A stretch of DNA of 64,000 nucleotides from a virus. Lineage: Duplodnaviria; Caudoviricetes. The notes beneath the pieces are model-generated. The model worked only from the letters and a program-made list of their open reading frames with translations, was not told the origin of the DNA and searched no databases. Location: positions 1 through 64,000 of IMG/VR virus record IMGVR_UViG_2706795947_000001. One strand, written 5' to 3'. How positions within the stretch are numbered: the first letter of the stretch is position 1; each line of letters starts with the position of its first letter. The position numbers were made by a program, and so were the translations under genes. Positions 9,099-19,037 of the stretch are shown here, one piece after another.

Positions 9099-9175
9099 CT
9101 TCGTACTGTAGTGTCCCCGGCTAACTTCAATGCAGCGCTTCGCATCAGTGCGATCCCCTGCCGACAGGAGACGAG

Positions 9176-10903
9176 ATGAGTTCAGGACTGCTTGGCCCCA
9201 ATGGCCAGCCAATCGACAAGTATGTCGAGTTCGCGGGGAGGCCGAAGAATCCCAAGCCGGTTGTTGGTGACGCTTACTCCGACTGGGGTGGGTTGAGCAA
9301 GGACTTCATGCATCTCCCTGGCGGCGGTGTGATCGGCTTCGATACGTCCAAGCTCGGCATCCGAGACTTCCGGCGTATGCGTGAGCACTACCAGATCGGT
9401 TCGAGTCTTCACGTTCTGACATTCATGCTTCACCAGCTGGACTGGCGTGTCGAGTGTGACGATCCCAAGGTTGCCGAATGGTGCACCGTCAATCTCGAGA
9501 TGATCTGGACTCGTCTCATACGAGCCATGTCCACTGCGTTCGCATTCGGATTCAGTGCGAACGCAGTAGAGTGGGAGAACGACACGAACGAGGGCAAGCT
9601 TCGGCTTAACAAGATCAAGGACCTCGTTCCCGAAGAGTGTGAGGTTGCCTGGAAGTATGTTGACTCCGCGCTCAAGCCCGAGGGTCATGTCGCTGCTCCG
9701 AAGGTTCCGATCTTTGACGGCATCTCCAAGCGAGGCACGTCGTACAAGATCGAGGTCACAAACAGTCTGTGGTATCCGCTGCTCATGGAGAACGGAAACT
9801 ACAAGGGACGCCAGCTACTTCGGACTGCGTTTCAGCCGTGGTTCTTCAGCACTCTCATTCACCTGTACCAGAACAAGTACTTCGAACGGTTCGGCGAGCC
9901 GGTTCCCATTGGACGCGCGCCTTACAATGACAAGGTCACCAAGGATGGAAAGACCATCTATGGATACGACCTGATGGCAAGCATCCTCGGCAACATCCGT
10001 TCCCGCAGCGCGGTAGTCCTTCCCAACAGCCGCAGCAAAGAGGGAATGAACGACCAGCCCGAGTACGACTACCAGGTCGAATACCTCGAGTCGCAGATGC
10101 GTGGTGCAGACTTCGAGCGCTACCTCACCCGCCTCGACGAGGAGATGTCCCTTGCACTCTTTACTCCCCTTCTGCTGCTGCGGACTGCAGATGCAGGTGG
10201 ATTCAACCAGGGGATTGCTCATACTCAAATGTACCTGTGGATGCTCAACGCAGTGGCGGGCGACATGGCAGAGTATATCGACAAGTACGTTCTGCGGTAC
10301 ATGGCAATATACAACTTCGGACCGAAGGCCAAACTCCCACGAATCCGCTTTCGGAAGCTAGGCACCGCTCAGCAGGAGACCCTGCGCGCGATCGTGCAGG
10401 CGCTGATTCAGAAGGGGACAGTCAAGCCCGACGTGACGGAGCTGGGGCAGCACATCGGCCTCACCCTCGAGGAAATTGAAGAGGTTACCGAGCCGGTCGA
10501 GGACCCGGACTTCCCGCCGAACGATCCCGACGACGACGATGAGAACGGCAATAAGGATGGTCGAGTCGGCCGACCTGAGCGGCTGAAGGATCAGGACGGA
10601 ATCAAGCCGGGGTCCACTACCAAGCAGATTAGCTCTCGTATCGCGGATCAGATCAGGCGTGCATACAAGAAAAATGATTTGCTCGAATGGCAACCGGCCC
10701 CTGGGTTCCGGCGCCAATTGACCGGGGAACTACAAGCAATGGGCCATATGGACGCCCGGCGCGCGGCGTCCGTGTTCAACGATGCGTTGATCGGTACGCT
10801 CACCGAAACAGCAAAGCTCGACTGGGATTCCGCTGATGATTTCATAGCTTACGCAGAAGGAATCATCAAAGCTGAAGGAGAGAAACTCTATGCCTCTGCC
10901 TGA
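9176..10903 (+). CDS. Portal protein (DUF935/Mu gp29-like)
   Basis: 575 aa following terminase, with FERFGEPVPIG, AFGFSANAVEW and NFG..PRIRF motifs. Confidence 0.85.
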   Translation: MSSGLLGPNGQPIDKYVEFAGRPKNPKPVVGDAYSDWGGLSKDFMHLPGGGVIGFDTSKLGIRDFRRMREHYQIGSSLHVLTFMLHQLDWRVECDDPKVAEWCTVNLEMIWTRLIRAMSTAFAFGFSANAVEWENDTNEGKLRLNKIKDLVPEECEVAWKYVDSALKPEGHVAAPKVPIFDGISKRGTSYKIEVTNSLWYPLLMENGNYKGRQLLRTAFQPWFFSTLIHLYQNKYFERFGEPVPIGRAPYNDKVTKDGKTIYGYDLMASILGNIRSRSAVVLPNSRSKEGMNDQPEYDYQVEYLESQMRGADFERYLTRLDEEMSLALFTPLLLLRTADAGGFNQGIAHTQMYLWMLNAVAGDMAEYIDKYVLRYMAIYNFGPKAKLPRIRFRKLGTAQQETLRAIVQALIQKGTVKPDVTELGQHIGLTLEEIEEVTEPVEDPDFPPNDPDDDDENGNKDGRVGRPERLKDQDGIKPGSTTKQISSRIADQIRRAYKKNDLLEWQPAPGFRRQLTGELQAMGHMDARRAASVFNDALIGTLTETAKLDWDSADDFIAYAEGIIKAEGEKLYASA

Positions 10904-13280
10904 CATCACCGTTGACCCAACCGAGTACGGTCGGGTTACCTTCACTGGACTCATCTCCATTCTCGACTCCATTTCCGATCCAGACGACGTGCCAGACAAG
11001 GCTGCCGTAACTGGTGCGATCATCTTCAAGCCCAGTGCTGGTGCACTGAAGTTTCTTGGCGCAAGCCCGGTGTTTACCCTGTTCCTATCGAATCGCGAGG
11101 TTCAGCTCGTTGATGCCAAGGTTGACGAGCAGGGCAGGAAGTACGTCAAGCTGGAATCCAACTCGGCTGCGGCCGTCCCCGAACAGTTCACCTGGACGGC
11201 GGTGTTCAGTCTTTCGTACAACGGGGTAATGTTGAATATCCCGCCATGTACGTTTGCACTGATGCCAGGCCAGGAGCTCGATCTGTCCACCGTGCTCAAT
11301 TCGAGCGAGGTGACATACTACACTCCAATTCAGGTCTCGGCTGCTGTTGCGGCACGCGAGGGTGCCGAGGTTGCTCGCGACGAAACGGTCACCATCAAGG
11401 AAGAAGTCACCGAGGTAGCCGAAACTGTTGACGCAAAGATCGGCGCCATTCCGATCACTGCGCTACCGGAGGCAGAGTCGGATGCCCGATATTCCCCGCG
11501 CATTCCGACATACCAAGCTCAGCTTCTCGGTAAGGCTATGAAGAAGTTGCGTCTCGGTCAGCCCGTCAAGATTGTGTGTCGTGGCGACTCGACCACCTAT
11601 GGTCACGACACGGTCTCTTCTGATAGGGTTCCCGCACCTGACGTGACGCTTCCCGATGGAACGAAGCCGACATTCACCCGGTCGCCAGTTCCATTCCCGC
11701 AGGCGATGCAGAACTTCTTGAACCAGACATACGGGGAGATTGTCACCGTAGAGAACCAGGGACACTCGGGGGACTGGGTTCAGCGAGGTATGACGCGGTG
11801 GCTCAACAACGTGAATGCCGACATCACAGTTATCAGCTACGGAATCAATGACGCTCTCGCCACCGGCGTGCCGGTCGAGATTCGAGGAAACATCTCGTCG
11901 TACATCGAGGCGACAGAGAAGATGATTCTTCGAGACCTGGAATGGGGGTCGGCCGTTGTACTCATGGCACCCATTCGCCAGCGTGGTCCACTCGGAAGCC
12001 CTGATGTTGACGCGTACCGGAACGCGCTGCGAGGACTCGCAGACTCCTACGGCCTTCCGCTTGTGGATACAGAAGAGTTCCTGATCACCGCGCCCTGGGA
12101 CTGCTGGTCTGATGGCAACCACTTGAATACCAAGGGCAACGGAATCATGGGCGCACGACTTGCCGCTCTGTTTGTTGGCGAGGGTCCGCTCAAGAAAAAT
12201 GTGCTGGAGCCGGGCAGTAAGTTGCTCGGACGTCCGACCCTGGACAATGTCGTTCTGAGGGGTGCGGTACAGACAAACTCGTCAGGCTTCGGAACACCTC
12301 GCGACGAAGCCGCGATGGCTGCTGGCACGGCAGTGGGGTTCCAGGGCGGCGGCACCGCAGCCCTGGATGGAGTGGCGACCTGGTCTTTCTACACAGAGTC
12401 TCCAGATGTGGTAATCATTCCGTGGTCTTACATCAACGCTGGCGCTGGAGAGGCAGGCGCTCAGATTTCTTACGAGCTTGACTTTGCTGTCGAGCAAGGT
12501 CAGAACTACCACGTTGATGTGGCTACTCCCGGCGAATCTGGAAATGGCTCTCTGGCTCCAAGTTACAAGTTCCATGGCCCAGTTGCCGCAGGTCAAGCTG
12601 CAACATTTATCAACGATCCGGCAACCAGCCCGCTGGCAATTCGAGTGGCGACCCCAGGTTGGCATACGATCCGAGCTATATACCACCGCTCGGTAACAGC
12701 TTCTGTCGCTGTGACTCACATGATTGAAGCCTTTGCCTGGCGCACCTATCAGCAGATGCGCAAGCCGATTGACTTCACTCCGGTGATTGCAGCGCTAGAG
12801 CCAGTGAACATTCGGGTGATGCCTAACCTGGACGAGTCTGCTGATATTCTCTCGACCAAGGTTCACTGGCCCACATTGGTTCAGGCATTGCATGTGAAGA
12901 ACTGGGCCAACCAGTACTACGGTGCCCCGATCATCAAGCTCACACTCAGGACATACGGGGTGGGTGTTGTCCAGTACGCATTCTTGTGTACACTGCGCAC
13001 CGACCTTCCCGGCGCGGACGTGGCGCAGAGAGCTGTTGAAGGATACGGTGCAACCGAACCCTCGCAGGGCATTGCGTTTGTCCGAAAGCTTGGAGCTGGG
13101 TTTGCAACAGTCTCCGCGGGGGCGCCACCCGAGACCGCAATAAGCGGTCGCGAGCTTGCGTACATCTCGTACGAGGCCGCTACCCAGTCGCTTGTGTTCA
13201 CCTGGCGTACCGTTAACTCGGGAGACTCGACAGCAAAGAACATGAAGAAGAACTTCCTCATGACGTTCTCGCTGTTCTGA
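10890..13280 (+). CDS. Putative virion protein with SGNH/GDSL hydrolase domain
   Basis: Intact SGNH blocks: VCRGDSTTYG, NQGHSG, SYGINDA and DGNHLN. Confidence 0.8.
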   Translation: MPLPDITVDPTEYGRVTFTGLISILDSISDPDDVPDKAAVTGAIIFKPSAGALKFLGASPVFTLFLSNREVQLVDAKVDEQGRKYVKLESNSAAAVPEQFTWTAVFSLSYNGVMLNIPPCTFALMPGQELDLSTVLNSSEVTYYTPIQVSAAVAAREGAEVARDETVTIKEEVTEVAETVDAKIGAIPITALPEAESDARYSPRIPTYQAQLLGKAMKKLRLGQPVKIVCRGDSTTYGHDTVSSDRVPAPDVTLPDGTKPTFTRSPVPFPQAMQNFLNQTYGEIVTVENQGHSGDWVQRGMTRWLNNVNADITVISYGINDALATGVPVEIRGNISSYIEATEKMILRDLEWGSAVVLMAPIRQRGPLGSPDVDAYRNALRGLADSYGLPLVDTEEFLITAPWDCWSDGNHLNTKGNGIMGARLAALFVGEGPLKKNVLEPGSKLLGRPTLDNVVLRGAVQTNSSGFGTPRDEAAMAAGTAVGFQGGGTAALDGVATWSFYTESPDVVIIPWSYINAGAGEAGAQISYELDFAVEQGQNYHVDVATPGESGNGSLAPSYKFHGPVAAGQAATFINDPATSPLAIRVATPGWHTIRAIYHRSVTASVAVTHMIEAFAWRTYQQMRKPIDFTPVIAALEPVNIRVMPNLDESADILSTKVHWPTLVQALHVKNWANQYYGAPIIKLTLRTYGVGVVQYAFLCTLRTDLPGADVAQRAVEGYGATEPSQGIAFVRKLGAGFATVSAGAPPETAISGRELAYISYEAATQSLVFTWRTVNSGDSTAKNMKKNFLMTFSLF

Positions 13281-13308
13281 TCTACAACCACAAACAGAAA
13301 TTGGTGCC

Positions 13309-13614
13309 ATGAAACCAGAGTCGAGACACCCACTGAGGTGTACGTGCAGGACACAGCCGCTGTTGGCTTACTACGGCAGGAACAACCGGGGCCGAGCGTT
13401 CGTTCATGTAGCTTCATTCAAGAACAAGCGGCCGATCTCGCAGGTGTACACGACTGCGCCTATATCAATCTGGTGCCCGTCGTGCGGGAAATGGTGGAAC
13501 ATCTTCGTGAAGAACGAGAAGCTCACCGCGGAAGAACGGCAGAGTGCTCCCCCGGTTCCCGAGCAAAAATCCAAATCGCGGGTATTGCTGGACAACCCGC
13601 CGGATGACCAGTAA
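13309..13614 (+). CDS. Small Zn-ribbon protein
   Basis: LRCTC...CPSC cysteine pairs. Confidence 0.65.
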   Translation: MKPESRHPLRCTCRTQPLLAYYGRNNRGRAFVHVASFKNKRPISQVYTTAPISIWCPSCGKWWNIFVKNEKLTAEERQSAPPVPEQKSKSRVLLDNPPDDQ

Positions 13615-13617
13615 GGT
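13589..13617 (+). promoter_or_regulatory. Candidate promoter for capsid genes
   Basis: TGGACA-N17-TAAGGT, ending 11 nt before ATG 13629. Confidence 0.4.
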
Positions 13618-13628
13618 TTGGTGACATT

Positions 13629-14864
13629 ATGACAACGGCCACGCTATCGCCCGCGCAGAGGCGGAACTGCGTCTTTGTCCGCAACCTCGGAGCGCCGACG
13701 AAGTCCTACACCAAGCAGGTGGACGACAAGTCGGGCAACGGCGGAACGGTCGAGGCGCTCATTGTCGAAGGCAAGCCGATCTTCCGGAGCGGTACCTTCT
13801 CCGACAGCATGGGCATTGAGCACACGTGGGAAACGCTGCACATGAATCAGATGGTGGATCATGCGTCGCTGCTTTCCAGTCGTGGCATCTTCGAAGACGT
13901 TCCGGTTCGCAAGGGCCATCCCGACTGGGGTGGCCTGTTCAGTGATCCGGTTCGGAACGCGATGGACGAGCTCATCGGATACATGGGCAACTTCCGTACC
14001 GAGGAGCGGGTCAATCCGGCAGACGGACAGACCTACACATACTTGCTCGCAGACCTCGAGATTCTCCAAGAGGACGCGATCAAGAACATCAAGTCCGGTC
14101 TCTGGCGGAATGTGTCCGCCGAGATCAGCACATACGTCACCAACGGTAATGCCGAGTACTGGCCTGTCATGTATGGGGTGGCCTACGTAGACATCCCAGC
14201 TGTTGAGGGCCTCAAGGCTCAGCACTCCAAGGCGGCGAATCAATTCAGCATCATTCTGGAGGAAGACATGGGACCGACGCCCAACAACCCCAACCCGCCT
14301 GTTCCCAACGAACAGGGCGGCAGCGGGGATCAGAACAACAACGGTGGTGCGAGCAACCACAGCGCACCGACCCCCACTCCGGCCCCGGCTGCTCCGGCAT
14401 TCTCGTTCAGCATCGGCGGCCAGCAGACCACCGACTTCTCCGCCGTGCAGGCTCACATCACCAACATCGAGACCGAGAACACTTCGCTGAAGCAGTTCAA
14501 GCGGGAGTCGGTCGAGGCCGGCCGAGTCGCGTTCGTCAACGGTCTCGTCAAGGCGAACAAGATCTCCGCCGCCGACGAGGACAAGTGGGTCGAGTACGCG
14601 AAGAAGCAGGACGACGCGGGCTTCGCGCAGTGGAAGGAGCTCATGGAGGGTGTGCCCGCAATGCCGGTCACCAACCCCCAGGGTGCCGGGTTCTCGCAGA
14701 GCCACGACCAGACCCAGCAGACCGACGCCAAGACCGAGCGCATCGACGTGCTCAAGTCCATCGTGTCGGCACACAAGCTGGGCAACCGCATGACGACCGC
14801 CCAGATCATGGAGCAGCCCTCGTACAAGGAGCTGCTGCAGCTCGAGCCGTCCTTCACCCTCTAG
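13629..14864 (+). CDS. Capsid maturation protease / scaffold (Mu gpI-like)
   Basis: WRNVSAEI and VAYVDIPAVEGL motifs, a low-complexity linker and a helical scaffold-like C-terminus. Confidence 0.8.
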   Translation: MTTATLSPAQRRNCVFVRNLGAPTKSYTKQVDDKSGNGGTVEALIVEGKPIFRSGTFSDSMGIEHTWETLHMNQMVDHASLLSSRGIFEDVPVRKGHPDWGGLFSDPVRNAMDELIGYMGNFRTEERVNPADGQTYTYLLADLEILQEDAIKNIKSGLWRNVSAEISTYVTNGNAEYWPVMYGVAYVDIPAVEGLKAQHSKAANQFSIILEEDMGPTPNNPNPPVPNEQGGSGDQNNNGGASNHSAPTPTPAPAAPAFSFSIGGQQTTDFSAVQAHITNIETENTSLKQFKRESVEAGRVAFVNGLVKANKISAADEDKWVEYAKKQDDAGFAQWKELMEGVPAMPVTNPQGAGFSQSHDQTQQTDAKTERIDVLKSIVSAHKLGNRMTTAQIMEQPSYKELLQLEPSFTL

Positions 14865-14900
14865 GTTCGCGGCCACCCTCAACAAGAAGGAAGAAACACA

Positions 14901-15371
14901 ATGGCTGATTTCGTCAAGGGTCGCGAAGAGTACGCGGTCCACGGCAAGCGCCAGATCCTCCGGCACGCTCACCCCGGCTCGTTCACGGTGGTCTCCAAGA
15001 CCATCTCGCACGAGGCTTTCCCGGTGGCCGAGGACGCGGACGGCAACCCCGACTACGTGCTGCAGGAGGGCGAGGTCCTCGTCAACCTGACCTCCGGCCC
15101 GCACGCGGGCAAGTGCGTTCCGTTCCAGCTGGACCCGACGACGCCCTTCACCGACGGACGCTCGACCACCGCCAACCTGGTCGGCGTCTGCAAGGACTAC
15201 TTCGGCTGGGAGCTCTCCGAGCGCGATGTCGAGGCGGGCGTTCTGGATCGGGGTCACCTGGTGCAGAACTGGTGCACCATCCGCGATGCAGATGGGAACC
15301 GGGTCACCCTGACCAACACGGTAGCCGACGCGCTCCGTAGCAAGAAGAACCTCGACATCCTCTTCTCGTAA
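14901..15371 (+). CDS. Head decoration protein
   Basis: 156 aa between protease and capsid with strong codon bias. Confidence 0.7.
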   Translation: MADFVKGREEYAVHGKRQILRHAHPGSFTVVSKTISHEAFPVAEDADGNPDYVLQEGEVLVNLTSGPHAGKCVPFQLDPTTPFTDGRSTTANLVGVCKDYFGWELSERDVEAGVLDRGHLVQNWCTIRDADGNRVTLTNTVADALRSKKNLDILFS

Positions 15372-15383
15372 GGAGACGAACAA

Positions 15384-16583
15384 GTGACCGCATCACTGGG
15401 CATGTTCAACAAGCCCCAGCCCAACGCCTACGGCGCGCAGCCGCTGGACAAGCTCATCCGCAAGGAGGTGGCGCTCGGCGTCATCAAGGAGATCGTCAAG
15501 CCTGAGGATCACCTCGGCCTGACCCTCTTCCCCTTCAAGGACGTGCCGACCGACGACTACATCTTTTCGTATGTCAAGGGTCTGACCACCGGCCTGGCAC
15601 CCGCCATCGCCGAGTCGGCCGAATCGGAACTGGCCCAGAAGGACAGCGGCCTGGCCAACCAGGGCCGTGCGTCGATCATCGACTGGCGCCTCAAGGACCA
15701 CTACGACGCCGCCGACGTGCAGCGTTTCCTGGACCTACAGCTCCTGGCCGAGGCCAACCAGTTCGGGCCGTACGGCCTGCCGAACACCCTGCTGGGTGAC
15801 ATCAACCAGCTGCCGCAGCGGATGCAGCGCGACACCGAAGAGCGTCGTCGTCGCCTCGACAACCGAGCCGAGTGGCTCATCATGCAGTCGCTGTCCAACG
15901 GCGGCATCGCTTACAACGACGGGAACATCAAGTTCTCCGTCGACTGGAAGCGTCCGGTTGACCAGCAGGCGCAGGCCCCGTCCTCGGGCACCTACGCCTC
16001 GACCACCCACGATCCCATCGGGGACATCAACAAGATCAAGCGACTGATCTACAACCGCTACGGCGTCCTGATCACTCGCGCGATCTGCTCGAACAAGTTC
16101 CTGTTGAGCCTCATCAACTCGGACAAGTTCATCCTCCGTGCAGGACTGGGAACCGCAGCGAACTCGGGCATCGGTCAATCGGACATCCCCTACCTGATCA
16201 ACGGCTGGGGTCCGCAGGTTGCCATCGACATCGTCGAGCAGCAGACCGGCATCAAGTTCATCGAGTACGATTCGGGCTACCGCAGCAAGCCAGACTTCGC
16301 TCAGGGGCCGGTGACCTTCAACCGGTACCTGCCCGAGACGCGCGTCATCTTCATGCCGGACGACAACGCGATGGCCGAGTACGACTCCTCGGACATCGGC
16401 CTCGGCAAGATGCTGACCAGCCCGCACAGCATGGGCAACGGGTCCGCAGGGTTCTACATGTGGGAGCAGGACACCACGGACCCCTGGGGCAAGAACGTCG
16501 GCACCGGGATCAAGATGTTCCCGCTGTTCCCGCACATGGAGCTCACGTACACAATGGACGTGACCCTCCCCGCCGATCTCTGA
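15384..16583 (+). CDS. Major capsid protein (lambda gpE-like)
   Basis: 399 aa, very high GC3, RLDNRAEWLIMQSL and DPIGDI motifs, expected position. Confidence 0.85.
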   Translation: MTASLGMFNKPQPNAYGAQPLDKLIRKEVALGVIKEIVKPEDHLGLTLFPFKDVPTDDYIFSYVKGLTTGLAPAIAESAESELAQKDSGLANQGRASIIDWRLKDHYDAADVQRFLDLQLLAEANQFGPYGLPNTLLGDINQLPQRMQRDTEERRRRLDNRAEWLIMQSLSNGGIAYNDGNIKFSVDWKRPVDQQAQAPSSGTYASTTHDPIGDINKIKRLIYNRYGVLITRAICSNKFLLSLINSDKFILRAGLGTAANSGIGQSDIPYLINGWGPQVAIDIVEQQTGIKFIEYDSGYRSKPDFAQGPVTFNRYLPETRVIFMPDDNAMAEYDSSDIGLGKMLTSPHSMGNGSAGFYMWEQDTTDPWGKNVGTGIKMFPLFPHMELTYTMDVTLPADL

Positions 16584-16601
16584 TCGAAAGGAGTTAGCGA
16601 C

Positions 16602-16796
16602 ATGGCCTCGAAGAGCACCGTCGTCGTGAAGAAGAAGGGCGCCCGAGGTGGCGTCAACCCCGGCACTGCGGGCACCGGGGCAGGCCTCCTGCCCTACGGC
16701 GCGCAGACCGGTGGACAGTCCAGCGCCGATCCGGTCAAGTCGGTGAAGGCAACGCAGGACAAGAACCGCCGGGCCATCGGGTACGGCGAGCGCTGA
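16602..16796 (+). CDS. Small basic Gly/Lys-rich protein
   Basis: GAAAGGAG RBS and strong codon bias. Confidence 0.7.
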   Translation: MASKSTVVVKKKGARGGVNPGTAGTGAGLLPYGAQTGGQSSADPVKSVKATQDKNRRAIGYGER

Positions 16797-16802
16797 CAGA
16801 CT

Positions 16803-16845
16803 CTACGCCGACCGAGTGGCCTTCCCTAGCACTCGGTCGGCGTAG
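16803..16845 (+). terminator. 16-bp stem-loop after the capsid block
   Basis: CTACGCCGACCGAGTG / CACTCGGTCGGCGTAG. Confidence 0.65.
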
Positions 16846-16868
16846 TCTCGCATCCGCAAAGGAGAATC

Positions 16869-17186
16869 ATGGCAGAGAACACCGAGGCTTCGGTCAAGGC
16901 CGAAGCCGACGACAACAAGCCGATCGGCCGTCCCGACTCGCCGAACGCCGAAGAGCCCGCCAACGAGGTAGACGCCATCGTCTACTCGGACGAGGAGCGC
17001 GAGGACTACGAGCGCTTCGGGGCAACCCCGCCGCCCGAGCATCCGAACTTCGGAGCTACGTACTTCGACAGCAAGTCGGAGGACGAGGACTCGGACGAGG
17101 GAAAGAAGAAGGAAGAGCCGAAGCAGTCCACGCCGTCGAGCCCGACTGCGCCGCCTGCTCCGCCCGCTCCGAGCGCAAAGGCCTGA
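16869..17186 (+). CDS. Acidic/Pro-rich hypothetical protein
   Basis: AAAGGAG RBS; 105 aa. Confidence 0.7.
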   Translation: MAENTEASVKAEADDNKPIGRPDSPNAEEPANEVDAIVYSDEEREDYERFGATPPPEHPNFGATYFDSKSEDEDSDEGKKKEEPKQSTPSSPTAPPAPPAPSAKA

Positions 17187-17193
17187 TACAGAA

Positions 17194-17712
17194 ATGCCGG
17201 CAAACCGCCCCGTGTACTGCACGACAGCGTCTATCCAGACTCACGTGCAGAATATCAAGCTGCCTCAGGGTGCTACCTGGGACAGCTTGGCCGAGACCGC
17301 TTCCAACGAGGTGGACTCGAATCTCGGTGTGCGGTACGTCACTCCATTTCAGGTCTCGCCCAGTGATCCAGCTCAGCGCGCCGCCGCCTTCTGGTTGCAG
17401 AACGTAACCAGTATGATTGCGGCGGCGCGCCTGATGCTGTCGATCTCGGCGCCCGGTTCGCAAGACAACGCAAACAGCTACGGTCAGTACTTGCTGCAGA
17501 ATGCAACGCGACTGATGAACGATGTCATCAGCGGCAAGGTTGATCTCGCAGGAGTAGAAGAGATCGGAGCGAATGACTCCGTCATTCAGGGTCCGACGAT
17601 TCTAAATGAAGACGCATTCTCTCAGGTCGATGTCTTCTATGACAACTTCGCACCAGAGGGAATCATGCCCGGCCTTCGGCCCCGCGAGAAGGGTACGCCG
17701 TGGCCGAGATAG
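17194..17712 (+). CDS. Head-to-tail adaptor (Mu gp36/DUF1320-like)
   Basis: YCT..., ASNEVDSNLGVRYVTP and ISGKVDL motifs; expected position. Confidence 0.7.
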   Translation: MPANRPVYCTTASIQTHVQNIKLPQGATWDSLAETASNEVDSNLGVRYVTPFQVSPSDPAQRAAAFWLQNVTSMIAAARLMLSISAPGSQDNANSYGQYLLQNATRLMNDVISGKVDLAGVEEIGANDSVIQGPTILNEDAFSQVDVFYDNFAPEGIMPGLRPREKGTPWPR

Positions 17713-18197
17713 TTCTCGAGACGATCGTTGACGTAAGCCGTCCGACTCTCAGAATCAAAGCTTACCAGGACAGAGTAGAGGGCGCATCCCTTGCTGCATT
17801 CATGCAGGGATTCGCAGCCCCACTCCTCCAGGACCGTGCACACGACCGCTTCGAGGGTGAAGGCGATTCGGCTTCGGGCAAGTGGAAACCACTGCAGCCC
17901 TCGACCATCGCCCGCCGCGAGAAGGCCGGGCAGGTGCCCATCAAGATCAACGACAGGACCGGCACCATGCGGGCCTGGGTGGAGAACGCGCAGGGCAGGA
18001 TCACCGCCGTGAAGTATGCGGCAGTGCTTGAGTGGCCAGGCACTCCGTCCAACAGGACGGTCGGCAAGAAGCTCAAGGTTGCGCAGATGGGCTTGCCCAC
18101 TCCGTACACTCCACCTCGTCCTGTTGTGGCAATTGAGGGCGAGGACTTGTTGACCATCCTTGTCGCAATGGAGAACTGGATTGGAGCGGTGCCGTGA
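17700..18197 (+). CDS. Virion morphogenesis protein (Mu gpG-like)
   Basis: RFEGEG...GKWKPLQPSTIARR...RTGTMR and PPRP motifs. Confidence 0.7.
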   Translation: MAEIVLETIVDVSRPTLRIKAYQDRVEGASLAAFMQGFAAPLLQDRAHDRFEGEGDSASGKWKPLQPSTIARREKAGQVPIKINDRTGTMRAWVENAQGRITAVKYAAVLEWPGTPSNRTVGKKLKVAQMGLPTPYTPPRPVVAIEGEDLLTILVAMENWIGAVP

Positions 18198-18679
18198 TTG
18201 AGAGTCCTGGCGATACCTTCTTTCCGTACAATGCGATCGAGGCTCTCGAGAATGGAACTCGAGCCTACATCGACCCGACGCTGACATTCGAGCGTCGCAG
18301 ACTTCTGGTGACGGACCCCAATGACACTGTTGGCATTGTTCCAATCAGTTGGAATCCGGCAGCAGGAGAGATCGGAAGGGTTGAATCTTCGATCCAGCTT
18401 TACACGATCTACATTCAGACGTTGATCGTTGATCCTGACGAGGCGCGAGGACTGCAGACGCATTCCTACTTCGCTAAGCGCATGAGGGAAATGCTTGTGC
18501 GCAACCCGGTCCTTCGTGTAGCGTTGGGGAAACTCGAGACGGTTGACCCGGCGGGCGTGAAAGAAAAGACTTCAAACGTCACTGTTGGCGAGCAAGTCTT
18601 CCACAATCAGGAGACCGACGGTAACTGGCGGTACCTGAGTACGCTTGAGCTTCGGCTCGAAACCCAGATCAGTAACTAG
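18194..18679 (+). CDS. Tail terminator
   Basis: 161 aa, located before the major tail gene. Confidence 0.55.
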   Translation: MIESPGDTFFPYNAIEALENGTRAYIDPTLTFERRRLLVTDPNDTVGIVPISWNPAAGEIGRVESSIQLYTIYIQTLIVDPDEARGLQTHSYFAKRMREMLVRNPVLRVALGKLETVDPAGVKEKTSNVTVGEQVFHNQETDGNWRYLSTLELRLETQISN

Positions 18680-18692
18680 TAAGGGAGTTGTA

Positions 18693-19034
18693 ATGGCTGA
18701 AGCGCCAACCCCCGAAGAGCTCGCAGCCAAGCGCCGCGAGCTTCAGGAGCTGCGTCAGCAGAACGCTGACACGCAGTCCGGTCGGGACCAGCAGGCTGCC
18801 GAGGAGCGCCGTCGTCGCGAGTACGAGGCGATCCAGGCAGACATCAACTACGAGCTCCAGGCCCAGGCGATCCTCGAAGGCAAGCCGCTGCCGGACTTCA
18901 ACGAGCCGCCCGCCAACGAGCCGCCGGACACTGCGAGCGTCCCGGCCAACACCGAGCAGACCCGCACGCAGACGTCCTCGCCGACGCCGCCGCAGGTCAA
19001 CCTCGGTGACGACGACAACAAGGAAGGGGCGTAA
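18693..19034 (+). CDS. Hypothetical coiled-coil/Pro-rich protein
   Basis: ATG 18693 with an AAGGGAG RBS. Confidence 0.65.
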   Translation: MAEAPTPEELAAKRRELQELRQQNADTQSGRDQQAAEERRRREYEAIQADINYELQAQAILEGKPLPDFNEPPANEPPDTASVPANTEQTRTQTSSPTPPQVNLGDDDNKEGA

Positions 19035-19037
19035 GTC

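Noticed and set aside
13644-15383. 579-aa minus-strand ORF
   Set aside because: Antisense to the highly biased protease and decoration genes, with an unnatural composition.
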